A stretch of DNA of 64,000 nucleotides, taken from Mycobacterium sp. GTDB taxonomy: Bacteria > Actinomycetota > Actinomycetes > Mycobacteriales > Mycobacteriaceae. Below the pieces are notes generated by a model, which saw nothing but the letters and a program-made list of their open reading frames with translations, did no database searches and was not told the origin of the DNA. This document shows positions 21,814 to 34,618 of the stretch, in pieces. The DNA lies in NCBI RefSeq assembly GCF_036488105.1, contig NZ_DASXHW010000390.1, positions 2,464 to 66,463 on the forward strand, given 5' to 3'. The translations under genes were made by a program, and so were the position numbers. The stretch's first letter is position 1, and each line of letters opens with the position of its first letter.

Positions 21814-22968
21814 ATGCCACACGTATTACGCCCCTACGCCACCGCCGGAGTCGCCCTGGTCGGCGCCAGCATCATTGCCGTCACGCCGCTGGCGGTGCCG
21901 CCTCCCAACGTCCAGGTGCGGCCGGTCCAACTGGTCGACGCGTGGTCGGACCTCCTCACCGAGACGACCGCCAACGTGGACAGCATCGCCAGCAATGCCA
22001 GCTTGTCGGACATCTCGAGCGTCTTCAGTGCACTTTTGACCAACCCACTCGGCGTCATCGGTGCTCTGACGAACCTCGACCCCGCCGTCACCACGACCAC
22101 GGGCACCGATCCGCTTCTACACATCGGGGTGGAGTTGACGCCGGCGCTGGAGATGGGGCTCGCGCAACTTGGCGCGGAGGGCGCCACGCTCGAGGCGATC
22201 AACGGCGTCCTTGCTCAGCTGAGCGCCGATCCGTCGAACGCACTCAACATTCTTTACGAGGGCACGGCCACCGTCCTCAACGCCGGGCTCAACGGCGCGG
22301 ACAACGTCAGCCTGCTGGGCGGCATCATCAATATCCCGCTCTTCAACGGCCTCCTCGCCCCCGAACAGACGTTGACCGCCGACCTCAACCTGACCGAGCT
22401 GCTGAACGCGCTGGGGCTGGGCAACCTCGACCTGAGTAACCTCGACCTAAGTAGCTTGTTGAGCCAACTCGGGCTGGGCCACCTGACCCTGGGCGGGTTG
22501 GTCAGCGACCTGAATTTGGGCAACGAAGGCCTCGGCACCTTGCTGTCGAACGCCGGCATCACTTCGCTGGGCGGTTTGTCGACCCTCCTCGGCCTAGACA
22601 ACCTGAACCTAGGACTGGGAACTGCGTTGAACGACGCTGGCCTGCTTACCGGGGTCCTTGACACTCCAATCATCTTGGCCGCGTTGAACGCTATCGATCT
22701 GGGCACCCTGCTGGGCGACAACACCACCAGCATCACTTCCGTGTTGAACAGCGCAGTCCCGAACTTGAGTACGCTGCTCACAGACTTGGACCTTTCCAAC
22801 CTGCCCATAGATCTGAGCAGCTTGACCGGCCTCTTAACCCCGACCCTGGACGCCCTGCTCGGGGATCTCGGCCTGGGCGACCTGGCCGACGTAACCGTGA
22901 CTCCGTTCGGCGGCCTGATCACCGAACTGGTCGACACCGTGCCAGCCCAGATTTTCGCCGCTATCTAG
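21814..22968 (+). CDS. Exported Leu/Gly/Asn/Asp-rich repeat protein with a mycobacterial 'LRPYATAGVALVGAS' N-terminus
   Basis: AAGGAG RBS, hydrophobic N-terminal leader, imperfect LxxLLxxLGLGxL repeats. Confidence 0.7.
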   Translation: MPHVLRPYATAGVALVGASIIAVTPLAVPPPNVQVRPVQLVDAWSDLLTETTANVDSIASNASLSDISSVFSALLTNPLGVIGALTNLDPAVTTTTGTDPLLHIGVELTPALEMGLAQLGAEGATLEAINGVLAQLSADPSNALNILYEGTATVLNAGLNGADNVSLLGGIINIPLFNGLLAPEQTLTADLNLTELLNALGLGNLDLSNLDLSSLLSQLGLGHLTLGGLVSDLNLGNEGLGTLLSNAGITSLGGLSTLLGLDNLNLGLGTALNDAGLLTGVLDTPIILAALNAIDLGTLLGDNTTSITSVLNSAVPNLSTLLTDLDLSNLPIDLSSLTGLLTPTLDALLGDLGLGDLADVTVTPFGGLITELVDTVPAQIFAAI

Positions 22969-22969
22969 G

Positions 22970-25801
22970 TCAGGCGTAGGACTCCACCGGAGGGCAGGAG
23001 CAGACCAGGTTGCGGTCGCCGTAGGCGCCGTCGATGCGGCGCACCGGTGGCCATACCTTGGGCCGGAAGCCCTTGCCGAGCGGGTATGCGGCGACCTCGC
23101 GGGTGTACGGGTGCTCCCACTTGTCCACCAGCAGGCACTCGGCCGTGTGCGGCGCGCCGCGCAGCGGATTGTCGTCGACCGGCCACTCCCCTGCGCCGAC
23201 CTTGTCGATCTCGGCGCGGATGGCGATCATCGCGTCGCAGAATGCGTCGATCTCGGCGAGGCTCTCGCTCTCGGTCGGCTCGACCATCAGCGTGCCGGCA
23301 ACCGGGAAGCTCATGGTCGGCGCGTGAAAGCCGTAGTCCGCCAAGCGTTTTGCGACATCGTCGACGGTCACGCCGGTCGACTTTGTGATCGGCCGCAGGT
23401 CCAGGATGCACTCGTGGGCGACCATCCCGTTCTCGCCGGTGTACAGCACCGGGTAGTACTCGTCGAGCCGGCGGGCGATGTAGTTGGCCGAAGCGATCGC
23501 CGTCAGCGACGCGGCCCGTAGCCCGGGTGCGCCCATCATCCGGATGTAGGCCCAGCTGATCGGCAGGATGGACGCCGACCCGTAGGGCGCCGAGGACACC
23601 GGCGGACCAGCCGGTAGCTCGGGCGCCAGCGGATGGCCGGGCAAGAACTGCTCCAGATGCGAGCGCACCGCCACTGGCCCGACACCCGGACCGCCGCCGC
23701 CATGCGGGATGCAGAACGTCTTGTGCAGGTTCAGGTGGCTGACGTCGCCGCCGAACTTGCCGGGCCGGGCCAGTCCGACCAGCGCATTCAGGTTGGCGCC
23801 GTCGATGTACACCTGGCCGCCGGCGTCGTGCACGGCCGCGCAGATGTCGGCGATGTCCTGCTCGTACACCCCGTGCGTGGACGGGTAGGTGATCATCAGC
23901 GTCGACAGCCGCTCGGCATGCTCAGCGACCTTGGCGCGCAGGTCGTCGAGGTCGACGTCGCCGTTGGACCGGCAAGCCACCACGACCACCCGCATCCCGG
24001 CCAGCGCGGCCGATGCGGCGTTGGTGCCGTGCGCGCTGGACGGGATCAGGCAGACATCGCGCTGCGGCTCGCCGCGGCTGGCGTGGTAGGCGTGGATGGC
24101 CAACAGCCCGGCGTACTCGCCCTGAGATCCGGCGTTCGGCTGCAGGGACACCGCGTCGTAGCCGGTCATCTCCACCAGCCAGGTCTCCAACTCGGCGATC
24201 AGCTTGCGCAGGCCCTGGGTATCGGAGGCCGGCCCGAATGGATGCTGGCGCGCGAACTCCGGCCAGGTGATGGATTCCATTTCGGCGGCGGCGTTGAGCT
24301 TCATCGTGCACGAGCCGAGCGGAATCATGCTGCGGTCCAACGCAAGATCCTTATCGGCCAACGCGCGCAGGTACCGCATCATCGACGTTTCGGTGCGGTA
24401 GCGGATGAACGCCGGGTGGGTCAGGAATTCCGAAGTCCGGTTCACGATGCCCGCGCAGACAGGCTCGGCCGCCATAATGCCGAACGCGTCCAGCACAGCC
24501 GCCACATGGGCGTCTGTAGTCACCTCGTCACACGTCGCCGAGACGTGGTCGTCGTCCACCCGCCACAGGTTGATGTTGTTGGCCTTGGCCGCCGCGATCA
24601 CCGCGTCGGCGCGACCGGGAACCCGGGCCAAGACGGTGTCAAAGTACTTGTCGTGCACCAACGAATCGCCGAGAGCGGCGGCGATCGCCTCGGCGTGGCC
24701 GTGCACCCGCCGCGCGATCCCGGTCAGTCCGTCGGCGCCGTGGTAGCTCGCATACATCGCGGCCATCACCGACAGCAGCACCTGAGCGGTGCAGATGTTG
24801 CTGGTCGCCTTGTCGCGACGGATGTGCTGCTCGCGTGTCTGCAGTGCCAGCCGGTAAGCGGGTGAGCCGTCGGCGTCCATCGAGACGCCGACCAGCCGGC
24901 CCGGTAGCTGGCGAGCGTGCTGTGCGTGCACCACCAGATATCCGGCGTGCGGGCCGCCGAATCCCATTGGCACACCGAAACGTTGGGTATTGCCGAACGC
25001 CACGTCGGCGCCGATCTCCCCCGGCGGCGTAATCAGCGTGAGCGCCAGTAGGTCCGCGCCGACGGCCACCAGCGCGCCACGGTCGTGTGCCTCCGCGACC
25101 AGCGCCGACCAGTCGGTGACCCGGCCGCTCGCGCCCGGCAGTTGAGCGATGACGCCGAAGAACTCGCCGTCCGGGAGGCCCTCGCGCAGCTCGGCGGTGA
25201 CGATCTCGATGCCGAGCGGCTCGGCCTGGGTGGCCAGCACGGCGGCGGTCTGCGCGAACACGTCGACGTCGACGGCCAACCGGTTGGCGTTGCCTTTCAC
25301 CGCGCGATGCATCAGCGTCATCGCCTCGGCGGCCGCGGTGCCCTCGTCGAGCATCGATGCGTTGGCCACCTCGAGGCCGGTCAGGTCGGCCACCATGGTC
25401 TGGAAGTTCAGCAGCGCCTCCAGCCGACCCTGGCTGATCTCCGGCTGATACGGCGTATAGGCGGTGTACCAGGCGGGGTTCTCCAAGATATTGCGGAGCA
25501 GCACAGGCGGTGTGTACGTGTCGTAGTAGCCCTGCCCGATCATCGACACCGCGACGGTGTTGGCGTCGGCCAGTGTCCGCAGCTCAGCCAGCGCTTCGGC
25601 CTCGGTAGCCGCCGGCGGCAGCTGATCCAGGCCGGGCGCGGCGCCGGAACCGGTCAATCCGTCCAGAATGCCCGCGGGCAAAGCGCGACGCGCGAGTTCT
25701 TCGAGGGAGTCGACCCCGATGACCTCGAGCATCGCCGCGACGGCAGCGCTGTCCGGGCCGATGTGCCGGTCGGCAAAGAACGGGTTGGTGTAGTCGGACA
25801 T
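22970..25801 (-). CDS. gcvP: Glycine dehydrogenase (glycine cleavage P protein)
   Basis: [48 protein letters not shown] (PLP lysine). Confidence 0.97.
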   Translation of the reverse strand: MSDYTNPFFADRHIGPDSAAVAAMLEVIGVDSLEELARRALPAGILDGLTGSGAAPGLDQLPPAATEAEALAELRTLADANTVAVSMIGQGYYDTYTPPVLLRNILENPAWYTAYTPYQPEISQGRLEALLNFQTMVADLTGLEVANASMLDEGTAAAEAMTLMHRAVKGNANRLAVDVDVFAQTAAVLATQAEPLGIEIVTAELREGLPDGEFFGVIAQLPGASGRVTDWSALVAEAHDRGALVAVGADLLALTLITPPGEIGADVAFGNTQRFGVPMGFGGPHAGYLVVHAQHARQLPGRLVGVSMDADGSPAYRLALQTREQHIRRDKATSNICTAQVLLSVMAAMYASYHGADGLTGIARRVHGHAEAIAAALGDSLVHDKYFDTVLARVPGRADAVIAAAKANNINLWRVDDDHVSATCDEVTTDAHVAAVLDAFGIMAAEPVCAGIVNRTSEFLTHPAFIRYRTETSMMRYLRALADKDLALDRSMIPLGSCTMKLNAAAEMESITWPEFARQHPFGPASDTQGLRKLIAELETWLVEMTGYDAVSLQPNAGSQGEYAGLLAIHAYHASRGEPQRDVCLIPSSAHGTNAASAALAGMRVVVVACRSNGDVDLDDLRAKVAEHAERLSTLMITYPSTHGVYEQDIADICAAVHDAGGQVYIDGANLNALVGLARPGKFGGDVSHLNLHKTFCIPHGGGGPGVGPVAVRSHLEQFLPGHPLAPELPAGPPVSSAPYGSASILPISWAYIRMMGAPGLRAASLTAIASANYIARRLDEYYPVLYTGENGMVAHECILDLRPITKSTGVTVDDVAKRLADYGFHAPTMSFPVAGTLMVEPTESESLAEIDAFCDAMIAIRAEIDKVGAGEWPVDDNPLRGAPHTAECLLVDKWEHPYTREVAAYPLGKGFRPKVWPPVRRIDGAYGDRNLVCSCPPVESYA

Positions 25802-25837
25802 TTGCGAACTCCTGACAAAGACGGAGGAAGGCAGGTC

Positions 25838-26036
25838 CTCCCCCTCTGTCGTCTACCCGAACCGGGCGCCTGAGAGATTCGACATCCGAATGTCTTTCCC
25901 CATGGGCGGGCGACCCGAAAGTCACCGCTTTCCAGAGGCATCGGGGTCTGGCGCGGTCCGGGTGCCTGAGAGGTTGACGGAGAGGTATTGCTCCTTCGGC
26001 GTCCGTGGCTGGCGGCCACGGAACTCTCCCGCGCAA
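25838..26036 (-). promoter_or_regulatory. Tandem glycine riboswitch
   Basis: Minus strand reads GCGGGAGAG..GCCGAAGGAGCAA..CTCTCAGG..GGACCGC (aptamer 1) and CTCTGGAAAG..AATCTCTCAGG..GACAGAG (aptamer 2), upstream of gcvP. Confidence 0.9.
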
Positions 26037-26108
26037 GAACGATGCGGTGTCGAGTTTACCGACTCGATGCCGCCGGCGTAGCCAGCGGCATGGACATAAC
26101 GGCTGGAG

Positions 26109-26753
26109 TCAGCCGATCTTGCGGTCGCGGTGCTTGCGCCGCGAAGCCAGCTCGTCTTCCGGCGCGGCGATCGACTCGCCGTCGTCGGCGCGCTCGCCGG
26201 GGAAATCTGCGATTGCGCCGGTCAGCTCGCGCATCGCTCCGGACACGGCGATGCCGAACACGCCCTGTCCACCCTGCAGCAAGTCGACGACTTCTTCGGC
26301 CGAGGTGCACTCGTAAACCGTGGTGCCGTCGGAGAACAGTGTGATGTTGGCCAGGTCCTGCACGCCGCGCTGACGCAGGTGATCAACCGCGACACGGATG
26401 TTGTGCAACGAGATCCCGGTGTCGAGCAAACGCTTGACGATCTTGAGCACGAGGATGTCTTTGAAGGAGTACAGCCGTTGGCTGCCGGATCCGGCGGCGC
26501 TGCGGATCGACGGCACTACCAGCGAAGTACGCGCCCAGTAGTCCAACTGGCGATACGTGATCCCGGCGATCTGGCAGGCGCTCGGGCCGCGGTAGCCGAC
26601 CAGCTCGTCGGGCACCGAATCGTCGGGGAACAAGCCACCCTGCACGGGCTCGCTGGAAACGCGGATTGCCTGATCGGGGCGGGAGGCCGGGCTGTCGTCG
26701 AGCGCGCTCAAAGACTCGAGATCCAGTTGATCTTGACGTGGTTGGTCACCCAC
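26109..26753 (-). CDS. MerR-family regulator (Rv1830-like)
   Basis: [24 protein letters not shown]. Confidence 0.92.
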   Translation of the reverse strand: MGDQPRQDQLDLESLSALDDSPASRPDQAIRVSSEPVQGGLFPDDSVPDELVGYRGPSACQIAGITYRQLDYWARTSLVVPSIRSAAGSGSQRLYSFKDILVLKIVKRLLDTGISLHNIRVAVDHLRQRGVQDLANITLFSDGTTVYECTSAEEVVDLLQGGQGVFGIAVSGAMRELTGAIADFPGERADDGESIAAPEDELASRRKHRDRKIG

Positions 26754-27052
26754 GGTGCTTCCTCTCGCCGATCGCGCTCGTTACGGGCTGGCCGGTTTCC
26801 GCGTTTGCTCGCGTTTGCTCAATCGAGTGCTTGTGAGCATACGCTTTTCGACTCACTCTGGTGTCCGTAGAACTAATTAGTCGAATTCAAAGTATGGCGG
26901 TCGAGGCGGTGACTCCCCGCTATCCGCTGGGCGTGTCGAGGTCGAACTCGCAGTTGAGACGCATCCGTGATGTTGTCGACTCGGGTATGCCCTGCTCGAT
27001 TAATGCGACTCGCACTTTTTTGGGCGGGCCGACGTCGATTTCCGTTTTGCGT

Positions 27053-27547
27053 TCAGGTGGCCTTGAAATCGTCAGGCGAGACGCTGTCCAAAAACTCTTT
27101 GAACTTCTCCACCTCGTCTTCGCGAACGGCGGTGGACGGCTCGTCGTCGTTCTCGTCGGGGATCAGCAGGCCAGCCTCCGCGAGGACGGCTTCTTCGACG
27201 TAAATCGGTACGCCGACCCGTAAAGCGATGGCCACCGAATCCGATGGCCGCGCCGACACTGTGATGTTCCGGTCAAAGATCAAGTCAGCGTAGAACGTGC
27301 CTTCCTGCAGGTCGACGATACGCACCTCTTTGAGCGAATGGCCAAGCGCGACAATGAGATCTCGAATCAGGTCGTGGGTCAGCGGACGCGGCGGCTCGAC
27401 TCCCTGCTGCTCGAGCGCAATCGCGGCTGCTTCGGACTGGCCGATCCAGATCGGCAGGTACCGGTCGCCGTCAGCCTCGCGCAGCAACAGCACCGGCTGG
27501 TTCTGGGGCTGCTCGACGCGAATGCCGACGACGCGAACTTCACCCAT
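27053..27547 (-). CDS. Bifunctional nuclease/DUF151 protein (Rv1829-like)
   Basis: YLPIWIG, PRPLTHDL, ARPSDSVAIALR. Confidence 0.92.
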   Translation of the reverse strand: MGEVRVVGIRVEQPQNQPVLLLREADGDRYLPIWIGQSEAAAIALEQQGVEPPRPLTHDLIRDLIVALGHSLKEVRIVDLQEGTFYADLIFDRNITVSARPSDSVAIALRVGVPIYVEEAVLAEAGLLIPDENDDEPSTAVREDEVEKFKEFLDSVSPDDFKAT

Positions 27548-27654
27548 CTGTGTCTGCCCTCCGCACGTGCTGCCGTCTCCGATCAGACCTGCTCCGACGT
27601 CGCGGTGCAAACACCAAGCCGCCGAACGCAAGCTGTGGTCCAAAGTCTAGTCCT

Positions 27655-28398
27655 TCAGCGGTGGAGAACGTCGCGCACTGCGGACTTGATCAACGAGGTG
27701 TGCAGCGTGATCGCCAGGGCAGCGACTTCGCGTGCGAGGTCGTCGGCGCGGTCGCGGGAACCGGTCTTGCCGGCCTTGACGAGGGGCCCGGCAATCTGCG
27801 CTATCAGGTCGGATTGCCGGTCGGCGGCCGAGCGGAATGCCCGGAGATGACGCGGTTCGACGCCGTAATCCGCGAGTGCTCGGGCGCACTGCAGGATCAC
27901 CACGGCGTGCTCGTCGAAAAAACCACCCGGACCGGTGGTGATCACCCCCGCCTTGAGCAGCGCCGTGAGCAACTCGGCGTCAACCCCTGAACGCTCCAGC
28001 AGGTCTTCTCGACTGAGCCGGACGCGGGCAGTGGACACCGCTGCCGAGTCCGAGGCGGACGCTGCGGCGCCATTCTCGCCGACCGAGACCAATCGCGGTA
28101 CACCGTAAGGTGATCCGGCCGGTGGCAGCTCGCCGTCGGGCTGCGCGTCCAGCTGGGCCTTGATCACCTTCAGCGGCAGGTACTGGTCACGCTGGGCCGT
28201 CAGTATGAAGCGCAGGCGTGCGCAGTCGTAGGCGGTGAACCGGCGATAACCCGATGCCGCGCGTTGTGGCGTTACAAGACCCTCGGCTTCCAAGAAACGG
28301 ATCTTGGAAATCGTCACATCCGGGAAGTCCGGCCGTAGCAGGTCAAGGACCGCTCCGATAGACATCCCGCTCAGTGCGGGGGTCTCGGGCGCGGTCAC
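27655..28398 (-). CDS. MerR-family regulator (Rv1828/FtsR-like)
   Basis: [27 protein letters not shown]. Confidence 0.92.
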   Translation of the reverse strand: MTAPETPALSGMSIGAVLDLLRPDFPDVTISKIRFLEAEGLVTPQRAASGYRRFTAYDCARLRFILTAQRDQYLPLKVIKAQLDAQPDGELPPAGSPYGVPRLVSVGENGAAASASDSAAVSTARVRLSREDLLERSGVDAELLTALLKAGVITTGPGGFFDEHAVVILQCARALADYGVEPRHLRAFRSAADRQSDLIAQIAGPLVKAGKTGSRDRADDLAREVAALAITLHTSLIKSAVRDVLHR

Positions 28399-28868
28399 TA
28401 GCTTCCGGGCCCTCCGTCGTCACCGACCTTGGGACCGGTCAGGAATACCAGGCGGAATTTGCCGATCTGCACCTCGTCGCCGTTTGCCAGCACGGCCGAG
28501 TCGACCGGCTCGCGGTTGACGTAGGTGCCATTCAGGCTGCCGACGTCAACCACGTGGAACTCGTCGCTCTCCAACCGGAATTCGGCGTGCCGACGGCTGA
28601 CAGTGACGTCGTCGAGGAAGATGTCGCTGTCGGGATGACGGCCGGCCGACGTGGTGGGTTGGTCGAGCAGGAAGCGCGAGCCGGCATTCGGCCCCCGTTT
28701 GACGACCAGCAACGCTGAACCGACCGGCAGCCCTTCGACACCGGACACCGCGGTCTCCGAGCCCGACTGCGCGGGAGCGTCCAGTTCATTGAGGAAGTCG
28801 GCGCGGAAAACAGATGTCGTCTCCACGGTGACTTCATCAGAAGTCTGGTCGTTGTCCTTGTCCGTCAC
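28398..28868 (-). CDS. garA: FHA-domain metabolic regulator GarA
   Basis: [11 protein letters not shown] phosphosite, [22 protein letters not shown]. Confidence 0.96.
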   Translation of the reverse strand: MTDKDNDQTSDEVTVETTSVFRADFLNELDAPAQSGSETAVSGVEGLPVGSALLVVKRGPNAGSRFLLDQPTTSAGRHPDSDIFLDDVTVSRRHAEFRLESDEFHVVDVGSLNGTYVNREPVDSAVLANGDEVQIGKFRLVFLTGPKVGDDGGPGS

Positions 28869-29077
28869 CCGCTGCTCCTTACTGACCGCTGCTGCGTTGT
28901 CTGGTTGGGTCCGGTCGACCGGCTTCCCACCCGCTGTGACCGTCGATGTGACGACCGTACCGCGCACAGGAGCCCAATGTGCCGTCCCCCGCCGGATCGG
29001 CGGCGACATCTGATCGCCGTCCGAGTCCGGCCCGGTCCGGCATGCATCGTTGCCGGGCGCAGGGAACGATAACAGGG

Positions 29078-29473
29078 TCATTCAGCCAGCGTGCCGCGGT
29101 AGGTGTCGGCGTCCAGCAGCTCCGCGAATCCCTTCTCCAGGGCCTCGGCGTCGACCTGGAGGTCAATGAGCCAGCCGCCGCCGTAAGGATCGGAGTTGAC
29201 CAGCTCGGGGCTGGCGTCCAACTCTTCATTCACAGCAACAACTTTCGCCGTCACCGGTGCGTACAGATCTGACACGGACTTGGTCGATTCCACTTCGCCG
29301 AAGGCGTCCCCGGCCGACAGGTCACTACCCACATCAGGCAGCCGGACGAACACGACGTCGCCGAGGGCATCCTGGGCGAAGTCTGTGATCCCCACCCGGA
29401 CGGTGTCGTCCCCGGTTCGCCGAATCCACTCGTGTTCGGCGGTGTAGTGCAAATCAGGTGGGATTTCGCTCAC
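29078..29473 (-). CDS. gcvH: Glycine cleavage H protein
   Basis: [28 protein letters not shown] (lipoyl lysine). Confidence 0.96.
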   Translation of the reverse strand: MSEIPPDLHYTAEHEWIRRTGDDTVRVGITDFAQDALGDVVFVRLPDVGSDLSAGDAFGEVESTKSVSDLYAPVTAKVVAVNEELDASPELVNSDPYGGGWLIDLQVDAEALEKGFAELLDADTYRGTLAE

Positions 29474-29496
29474 GGTTTTCCTGTTCTGGTCGGTTA

Positions 29497-30354
29497 CTAC
29501 TTGACTGGCTGAGCGTATTGGCGCGGTTTTGGTTGTCGCAAGGCGGTGATGTCGACCTTGTCACCCTGCTGCACCGACATGGTGCCGCCGACGCGTTTGA
29601 CACTGTCCACCGCGCCGCCGGGAATGTTCATCGCTGCCGCAAGCGTCGGTGGATCTCCAATGGCGGCAACTGAATACGGCGGTATGAGGGTTTTGCCGTC
29701 GACGGTCAGCGCACCGGGAGCACCGACGATCCAGGTGTCGACGCCGGTCCGCACCGCCTGGTGCCCATCGCTGATCTGGATGGCCTCGGCGCCGGCGGCC
29801 CGTAGTTCGTCGAGCACGTCGAGCATCGCCTGCGGCGCAACCCCGGGCCCGGGATCCTCGATGCGCACGGTGACACCGGGGCCGGTGGCGCCGACTGTGC
29901 CGATCAGGATCGACAACGCCGCCAGCCGGGCCTGAGCGTTCTGGATCGCGGCCTGGTCGCTGCTGCCCGAAGCCTGCAGAGCGTTCAACGAGCGCTGCAG
30001 TTCGGCGACTTCGGTACTGAGCGTCGCTTCGCGTTGACGCAGCGAATCCAGCAGCACCAGCAGGTCCGCGGGACGGGCCGTATCCAATGAGTCGCCAGTG
30101 TTGGTCTGGTGCACCTGGGTTGCGATGGCCACGCCCAGCAGCAGACACAAGATCAGGGCCAGCGCGCCGAAAACTTTGCGGCCGCGTCGCAGAAATCCGC
30201 GCGGCTGCAACTCGCCGATCGCGGGTTTCGGTTGGTGCGGCGCCAGTTCGTGGCGACCATGCTGCTCGGCCTCCTCCGCCTCCACGGGCTTTTCGGCATC
30301 GGGCTGGTGCGACTCCGTGGTGGTGTCGTCGGCTTCGGGATCGGTGTCGCTCAT
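29497..30354 (-). CDS. DUF881 membrane protein (Rv1825-like)
   Basis: TM helix, coiled coil, [21 protein letters not shown]. Confidence 0.88.
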   Translation of the reverse strand: MSDTDPEADDTTTESHQPDAEKPVEAEEAEQHGRHELAPHQPKPAIGELQPRGFLRRGRKVFGALALILCLLLGVAIATQVHQTNTGDSLDTARPADLLVLLDSLRQREATLSTEVAELQRSLNALQASGSSDQAAIQNAQARLAALSILIGTVGATGPGVTVRIEDPGPGVAPQAMLDVLDELRAAGAEAIQISDGHQAVRTGVDTWIVGAPGALTVDGKTLIPPYSVAAIGDPPTLAAAMNIPGGAVDSVKRVGGTMSVQQGDKVDITALRQPKPRQYAQPVK

Positions 30355-30370
30355 GTCGGACGTATACCCG

Positions 30371-30703
30371 TTACGCCCCGAAGAGTCGGCGCCGCAGCGC
30401 CGCGGCGTTGCCGAAGATGCGGATACCCAGCACGACGATGATCGCGGTCGACAGCTGTGTGCCGACGCCCAACTGGTCACCGACGTAAACGATCAGCGCC
30501 GCGACCAATACGTTGAACACGAACGACACCACGAAGACCTTCGGGTCGAAAATCCGTTCCAGGTATGCGCGCAACCCGCCGAACACCGCGTCGAGTGCGG
30601 CGACGACCGCGATCGGCAGATACGGCTGGATGACCTCCGGCACGCTGGGATGAAAGACCAGGCCCAGCACGATACCGACGGCTAGCGCTGCGATACCGAT
30701 CAT
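30371..30703 (-). CDS. Small basic protein DUF1290 (Rv1824-like)
   Basis: YLPIAVVAALDAVFGG, GIRIFGN. Confidence 0.9.
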   Translation of the reverse strand: MIGIAALAVGIVLGLVFHPSVPEVIQPYLPIAVVAALDAVFGGLRAYLERIFDPKVFVVSFVFNVLVAALIVYVGDQLGVGTQLSTAIIVVLGIRIFGNAAALRRRLFGA

Positions 30704-30752
30704 CGATGCTCTGCCTTCGCTATCTGGATGTTTTGCACTAGGTTTTCCCGCA

Positions 30753-31670
30753 CTACGACCCAATCTGTTTGGCGAACTTGACATCTCGGACCGCCCCGGC
30801 GGGCAGCGTGAGATTGTCCTTGGCGCTGACGCTCACGCCGACGCCGTATGAGGTCTCCAGGAGTCGCAGCCGGCGTAGGCCCGGGCTGTTGTCGAACACG
30901 TCTTGCATCGCATGCGGTGGCCCGACCGCCAGAACCACATACGGACTGCTGGTGGGATTGTTGTCGACCAGAATCGCGCCCCCAGCCTGCCGGATAGTCA
31001 CGTTCGGGCCGATCCGGACTCCGTCGACGGAGATGGCCTCGGCACCGCTTGCCCACAACGAGTTGACGACCAGCTGCAGGTCCCGATCGAGGATGATCTG
31101 CTGGCTGCCGGCGACTCGCTGCTTGGAGACGTCGGACAGGTTCGGGCCGACGCCGGGCTCGGTCACGGTGACGCTCAGACCCGGACCAGTGACCGGGGTG
31201 CTCGCGGCGGCCAGGCCAAGCCGGTCGAGGCTGGCGAGCAGTTGCTGGCCTGCGGCGTCTTCGGCCAACGCGTGCCGCTGAACGTTATCACGTTGCGCGG
31301 CAAGCGTATTGCGACGTGCGGTGAGCGCGCCGGTCGCCGCCTCTTCGGAACGCACGCCGGCCGCCAGCACCCGTTGCGCCGCGCTGACTCCCGGTGCGAC
31401 CAGCCGGGCCTGAGCGACAGCCGCAGCGAACACCGACGCCACCAGTAATGCGGCCAGCGCTTGCCAGACCCAGCTCATGGCGCGGGCTCGGCGGGTTGGT
31501 GGCTCGCCGCTGCGGTCCTGCTGCGCGGCCGCGGCCGCATAGCCGGGATCCAGATGCTCGGAAAGCAGGGCGCGCAGCAGCGACGGCACGGGGATCAGCT
31601 GCGGTCGTCGGGCATTGTGTGCGCTGAGGCCCGCGTTGGGGTCGTAGCCGCCGAGTGCCTGGTCAGCCAT
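30753..31670 (-). CDS. DUF881 protein (Rv1823-like)
   Basis: [28 protein letters not shown]. Confidence 0.88.
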   Translation of the reverse strand: MADQALGGYDPNAGLSAHNARRPQLIPVPSLLRALLSEHLDPGYAAAAAQQDRSGEPPTRRARAMSWVWQALAALLVASVFAAAVAQARLVAPGVSAAQRVLAAGVRSEEAATGALTARRNTLAAQRDNVQRHALAEDAAGQQLLASLDRLGLAAASTPVTGPGLSVTVTEPGVGPNLSDVSKQRVAGSQQIILDRDLQLVVNSLWASGAEAISVDGVRIGPNVTIRQAGGAILVDNNPTSSPYVVLAVGPPHAMQDVFDNSPGLRRLRLLETSYGVGVSVSAKDNLTLPAGAVRDVKFAKQIGS

Positions 31671-32259
31671 CGCGGGCCTTCACCGGCGGCATTCGGCGCA
31701 GCACCGTGACAACCTGCCACGCGTACACGAAGAACGACCACAGGTACATGTAGGTGCCCCAGATCAAAAACGCCCAGCCGCAAGCCAATACGACACGACT
31801 CCACTGCGCGTCCCACTGACCCAGCAGAATCAGCGGGAAGGCCGACATCAACGCGAACGTCGCTGCCTTACCGACATAGATCACCGGCAGGGCGGTGATG
31901 CCGCGGGTGCGCAACAGTGGCAGCTCAGCGACCAGCAGCACATCGCGCACCAGCAGAATCGCGATGATCCACCACGGCACGATGTGGCGGAGCCCGAACG
32001 CGATCGGCGTCGTCACCATGTACAGCCGGTCGACGAAGGGATCCAGATACTCCCCCAGCCTTGACGACTGGTTCATCAGCCGGGCGATCTTGCCGTCGGC
32101 CCAGTCGGAGGCGCCGCTGAACATCAGGATGGCGACCGCCCAGCCGTCGGCGTGGGCGACCAGCAGCAGATAAACGAAGACCGGGATCAGTGCCAGACGG
32201 ACTCCGCTGAGCACGTTGGGCACCGTCAGGAGCCGGTCGTGGGCAGGCGGCCGGTTCAT
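31663..32259 (-). CDS. pgsA2: CDP-alcohol phosphatidyltransferase PgsA2
   Basis: [21 protein letters not shown] motif. Confidence 0.92.
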   Translation of the reverse strand: MNRPPAHDRLLTVPNVLSGVRLALIPVFVYLLLVAHADGWAVAILMFSGASDWADGKIARLMNQSSRLGEYLDPFVDRLYMVTTPIAFGLRHIVPWWIIAILLVRDVLLVAELPLLRTRGITALPVIYVGKAATFALMSAFPLILLGQWDAQWSRVVLACGWAFLIWGTYMYLWSFFVYAWQVVTVLRRMPPVKARDG

Positions 32260-32270
32260 GTGCGGTGACC

Positions 32271-34595
32271 TTATCTGAAGATGCCCGGCAGGCTCAGCGC
32301 GGAAAGCGAGTCGTCGGACAGCGGGTTGTCGTGCACCATGTAAGTCCACGTCGACGTCGGACGGGCCAACTTGGACAGATCCACGCCAGGCTCGTCCTCG
32401 ATCGACGCTGAGGTCTCGAAGGTCTGCTGCGCCGCTTCGATCGCGTCGGCGGCCAGTGACGCGAACGCGTCGACGGCCATCCGGTGGAATTCGTCGAGCG
32501 GGTTCTGCCGTCCCAGCGCTCGCAGGTGGATGCTTTCCCGGATGTCGGCCAGGTAAGCGAGATGGTCGGCCCACCCGCGGTCGAGGTGATACAGCATGAT
32601 CAGCCGGCAGATTTTCTCGAGCTGATCTTCGGAAAGGTCTTCTGACAGCTCGTCGTAACGTTCGGGGGCCAGCTCGGCGAGCTCTTCGCGAGCGGCGGCG
32701 GTGCTGAGCAGTCTGTTGCGCCGCTCGACGATGATGGCTCGCTGCTGAGCGGTCAACTGGTTGTAGCGCCAGGTGTTGGCGTGCACGTCGAGCAGGCGGC
32801 CTTCCGCGACACGCTGGGCGTGATCGAGCAGTCCGGCCACCTTGTTGCTGACGATGCGGCCGTCGTCGTCGGTCTGCATCGGCAGCTTGTTGGGCTCGAG
32901 GTTGGCCGCCGCGACGTCGTCTTCCCAGCTCGAGAAGAAGACCGACGATCCGGGATCGCCCTGACGGCCGGCGCGGCCGCGCAGCTGGTTGTCCAGTCGC
33001 TCGGTGTGGTGCCGGCCGGTGCCGACGACATGCAGACCACCGAGCTCGACCACCTTCTCGTGGTCGGCTTCATCGGAACCGCCGAGCCGGATGTCGGTGC
33101 CGCGGCCGGCCATCTGCGTGGACACCGTGACGGCCCCGAGCGTGCCGGCCTCGGCGATCACCCCGGCTTCCTCGGCGTCGTTCTTGGCGTTGAGCACCAC
33201 AGCGGGGACGCCGCGACGCTGCAGTCGTTCGTGCAGCTCTTCGGACTCGGCCACGTCGTGGGTGCCGACCAGGACGGGCTGTCCGGTCTCGTGGATGTCG
33301 ATGATGTGCGCGATGATCGCGTCGATTTTCGCCGCGGCGGTGATGTAGACCCGGTCGGTTTCGTCCTCGCGAACGTTGGGCGTGTTCGGCGCGATCGGAG
33401 AGACACCGAGCTTGTAGAACTGGCGCAGCTGTTCGCCTGCGGCCAAAGCGGTTCCGGTCATGCCGCACACCGTCGGGTAGCGGTTGATCAGCGCCTGCAC
33501 GGTGATGGTGTCGAGCACCTCACCGGTTTCGGTGGTCTCGATGCCCTCTTTGGCCTCGACCGCGGCCTGCAGACCGTCCGGCCAGCGTTGCAGCTGGGCG
33601 ATGCGGCCGCGGGAGGCGTTGATCAGGTGCACGGCGTCGTCGCGCACGATGTAGTGCACGTCGCGGTGCAGTAGGACGTGCGCGTGCAGCGCGACGTTGA
33701 CCTCGGTGAGCGTGGTGCCGACGTGCTCCTCGGAGTAGAGATCGATTCCGCCGAGCTGCTTTTCGAGTTTGTGCGCACCGGCCTCGGTCAGGTGCACGTT
33801 GCGGCTGTCGGAGTCGGTGTCGTAGTCGTCGCCGGCGTGCAACTCGCCGACCAGCCGGATGACTTCCAGCCGCGGCTTCTCACGGTGGCTTGTTCCGGCC
33901 AGCACCAGCGGGACCAGCGCCTCGTCGACCAGCACCGAGTCGGCTTCGTCGATAAGGGCGACGTCCGGGTTGGGCGACACCAGGTCGTCGACATCGGTCA
34001 CCAGCTGATCGCGCAACACGTCGAAGCCGATCTCGTTGACCGACGCGTAGGTGACATCGCAGTTGTATGCCGCGCGACGCTGCTGGGCGGTCGATTCCCC
34101 GGTCACCCAGCCGACCGTGACGCCCACCGCCTCCAGCAGCGGCCCCATCCACTCGGCGTCGCGGCGGGCCAGATAGTCGTTGATGGTCACGACGTGAACG
34201 TGCCGACCGCCCAACGCGTAGCCGGCCGCGGCGATCGCTCCGGCCAGCGTCTTGCCCTCACCGGTTGCCATTTCGACGACGTCGCCGGCCAACATCCGCA
34301 GCGCCCCGAGCAGCTGCACGTCGAACGGCCTGAGCCCGGTGGCCCGGTCGGCGGCTTCCCGCGCGATGGCGAGGTACTGCGGGACGTCGTCGGCCTCGGC
34401 CAGGTCGTCGAGGTCGAGCAGGCCGGCGGCTTTGCGCAGCTGCTCGTCGTCGAGACCGGCGGCTTTCTCGTCATACTCGGCCGACGCGGTGACCTGGGCC
34501 AGTGAGCGGCCCTGGTTCTTCTCGGTGCTCGCGCCGAGCAGTCGCCAGAAGCGGCCGCTCACCCGGGCGGACGAAGAGCTGGTGGTCTTTGACAC
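32271..34595 (-). CDS. secA2: Accessory Sec translocase ATPase SecA2
   Basis: [50 protein letters not shown]. Confidence 0.96.
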   Translation of the reverse strand: MSKTTSSSSARVSGRFWRLLGASTEKNQGRSLAQVTASAEYDEKAAGLDDEQLRKAAGLLDLDDLAEADDVPQYLAIAREAADRATGLRPFDVQLLGALRMLAGDVVEMATGEGKTLAGAIAAAGYALGGRHVHVVTINDYLARRDAEWMGPLLEAVGVTVGWVTGESTAQQRRAAYNCDVTYASVNEIGFDVLRDQLVTDVDDLVSPNPDVALIDEADSVLVDEALVPLVLAGTSHREKPRLEVIRLVGELHAGDDYDTDSDSRNVHLTEAGAHKLEKQLGGIDLYSEEHVGTTLTEVNVALHAHVLLHRDVHYIVRDDAVHLINASRGRIAQLQRWPDGLQAAVEAKEGIETTETGEVLDTITVQALINRYPTVCGMTGTALAAGEQLRQFYKLGVSPIAPNTPNVREDETDRVYITAAAKIDAIIAHIIDIHETGQPVLVGTHDVAESEELHERLQRRGVPAVVLNAKNDAEEAGVIAEAGTLGAVTVSTQMAGRGTDIRLGGSDEADHEKVVELGGLHVVGTGRHHTERLDNQLRGRAGRQGDPGSSVFFSSWEDDVAAANLEPNKLPMQTDDDGRIVSNKVAGLLDHAQRVAEGRLLDVHANTWRYNQLTAQQRAIIVERRNRLLSTAAAREELAELAPERYDELSEDLSEDQLEKICRLIMLYHLDRGWADHLAYLADIRESIHLRALGRQNPLDEFHRMAVDAFASLAADAIEAAQQTFETSASIEDEPGVDLSKLARPTSTWTYMVHDNPLSDDSLSALSLPGIFR

Positions 34596-34618
34596 AGGTC
34601 AACGGTACGTCAGGTGCG

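Noticed and set aside
25838-26036. Structured RNA upstream of gcvP as a novelty
   Set aside because: It is the well-known tandem glycine riboswitch, listed as a feature.
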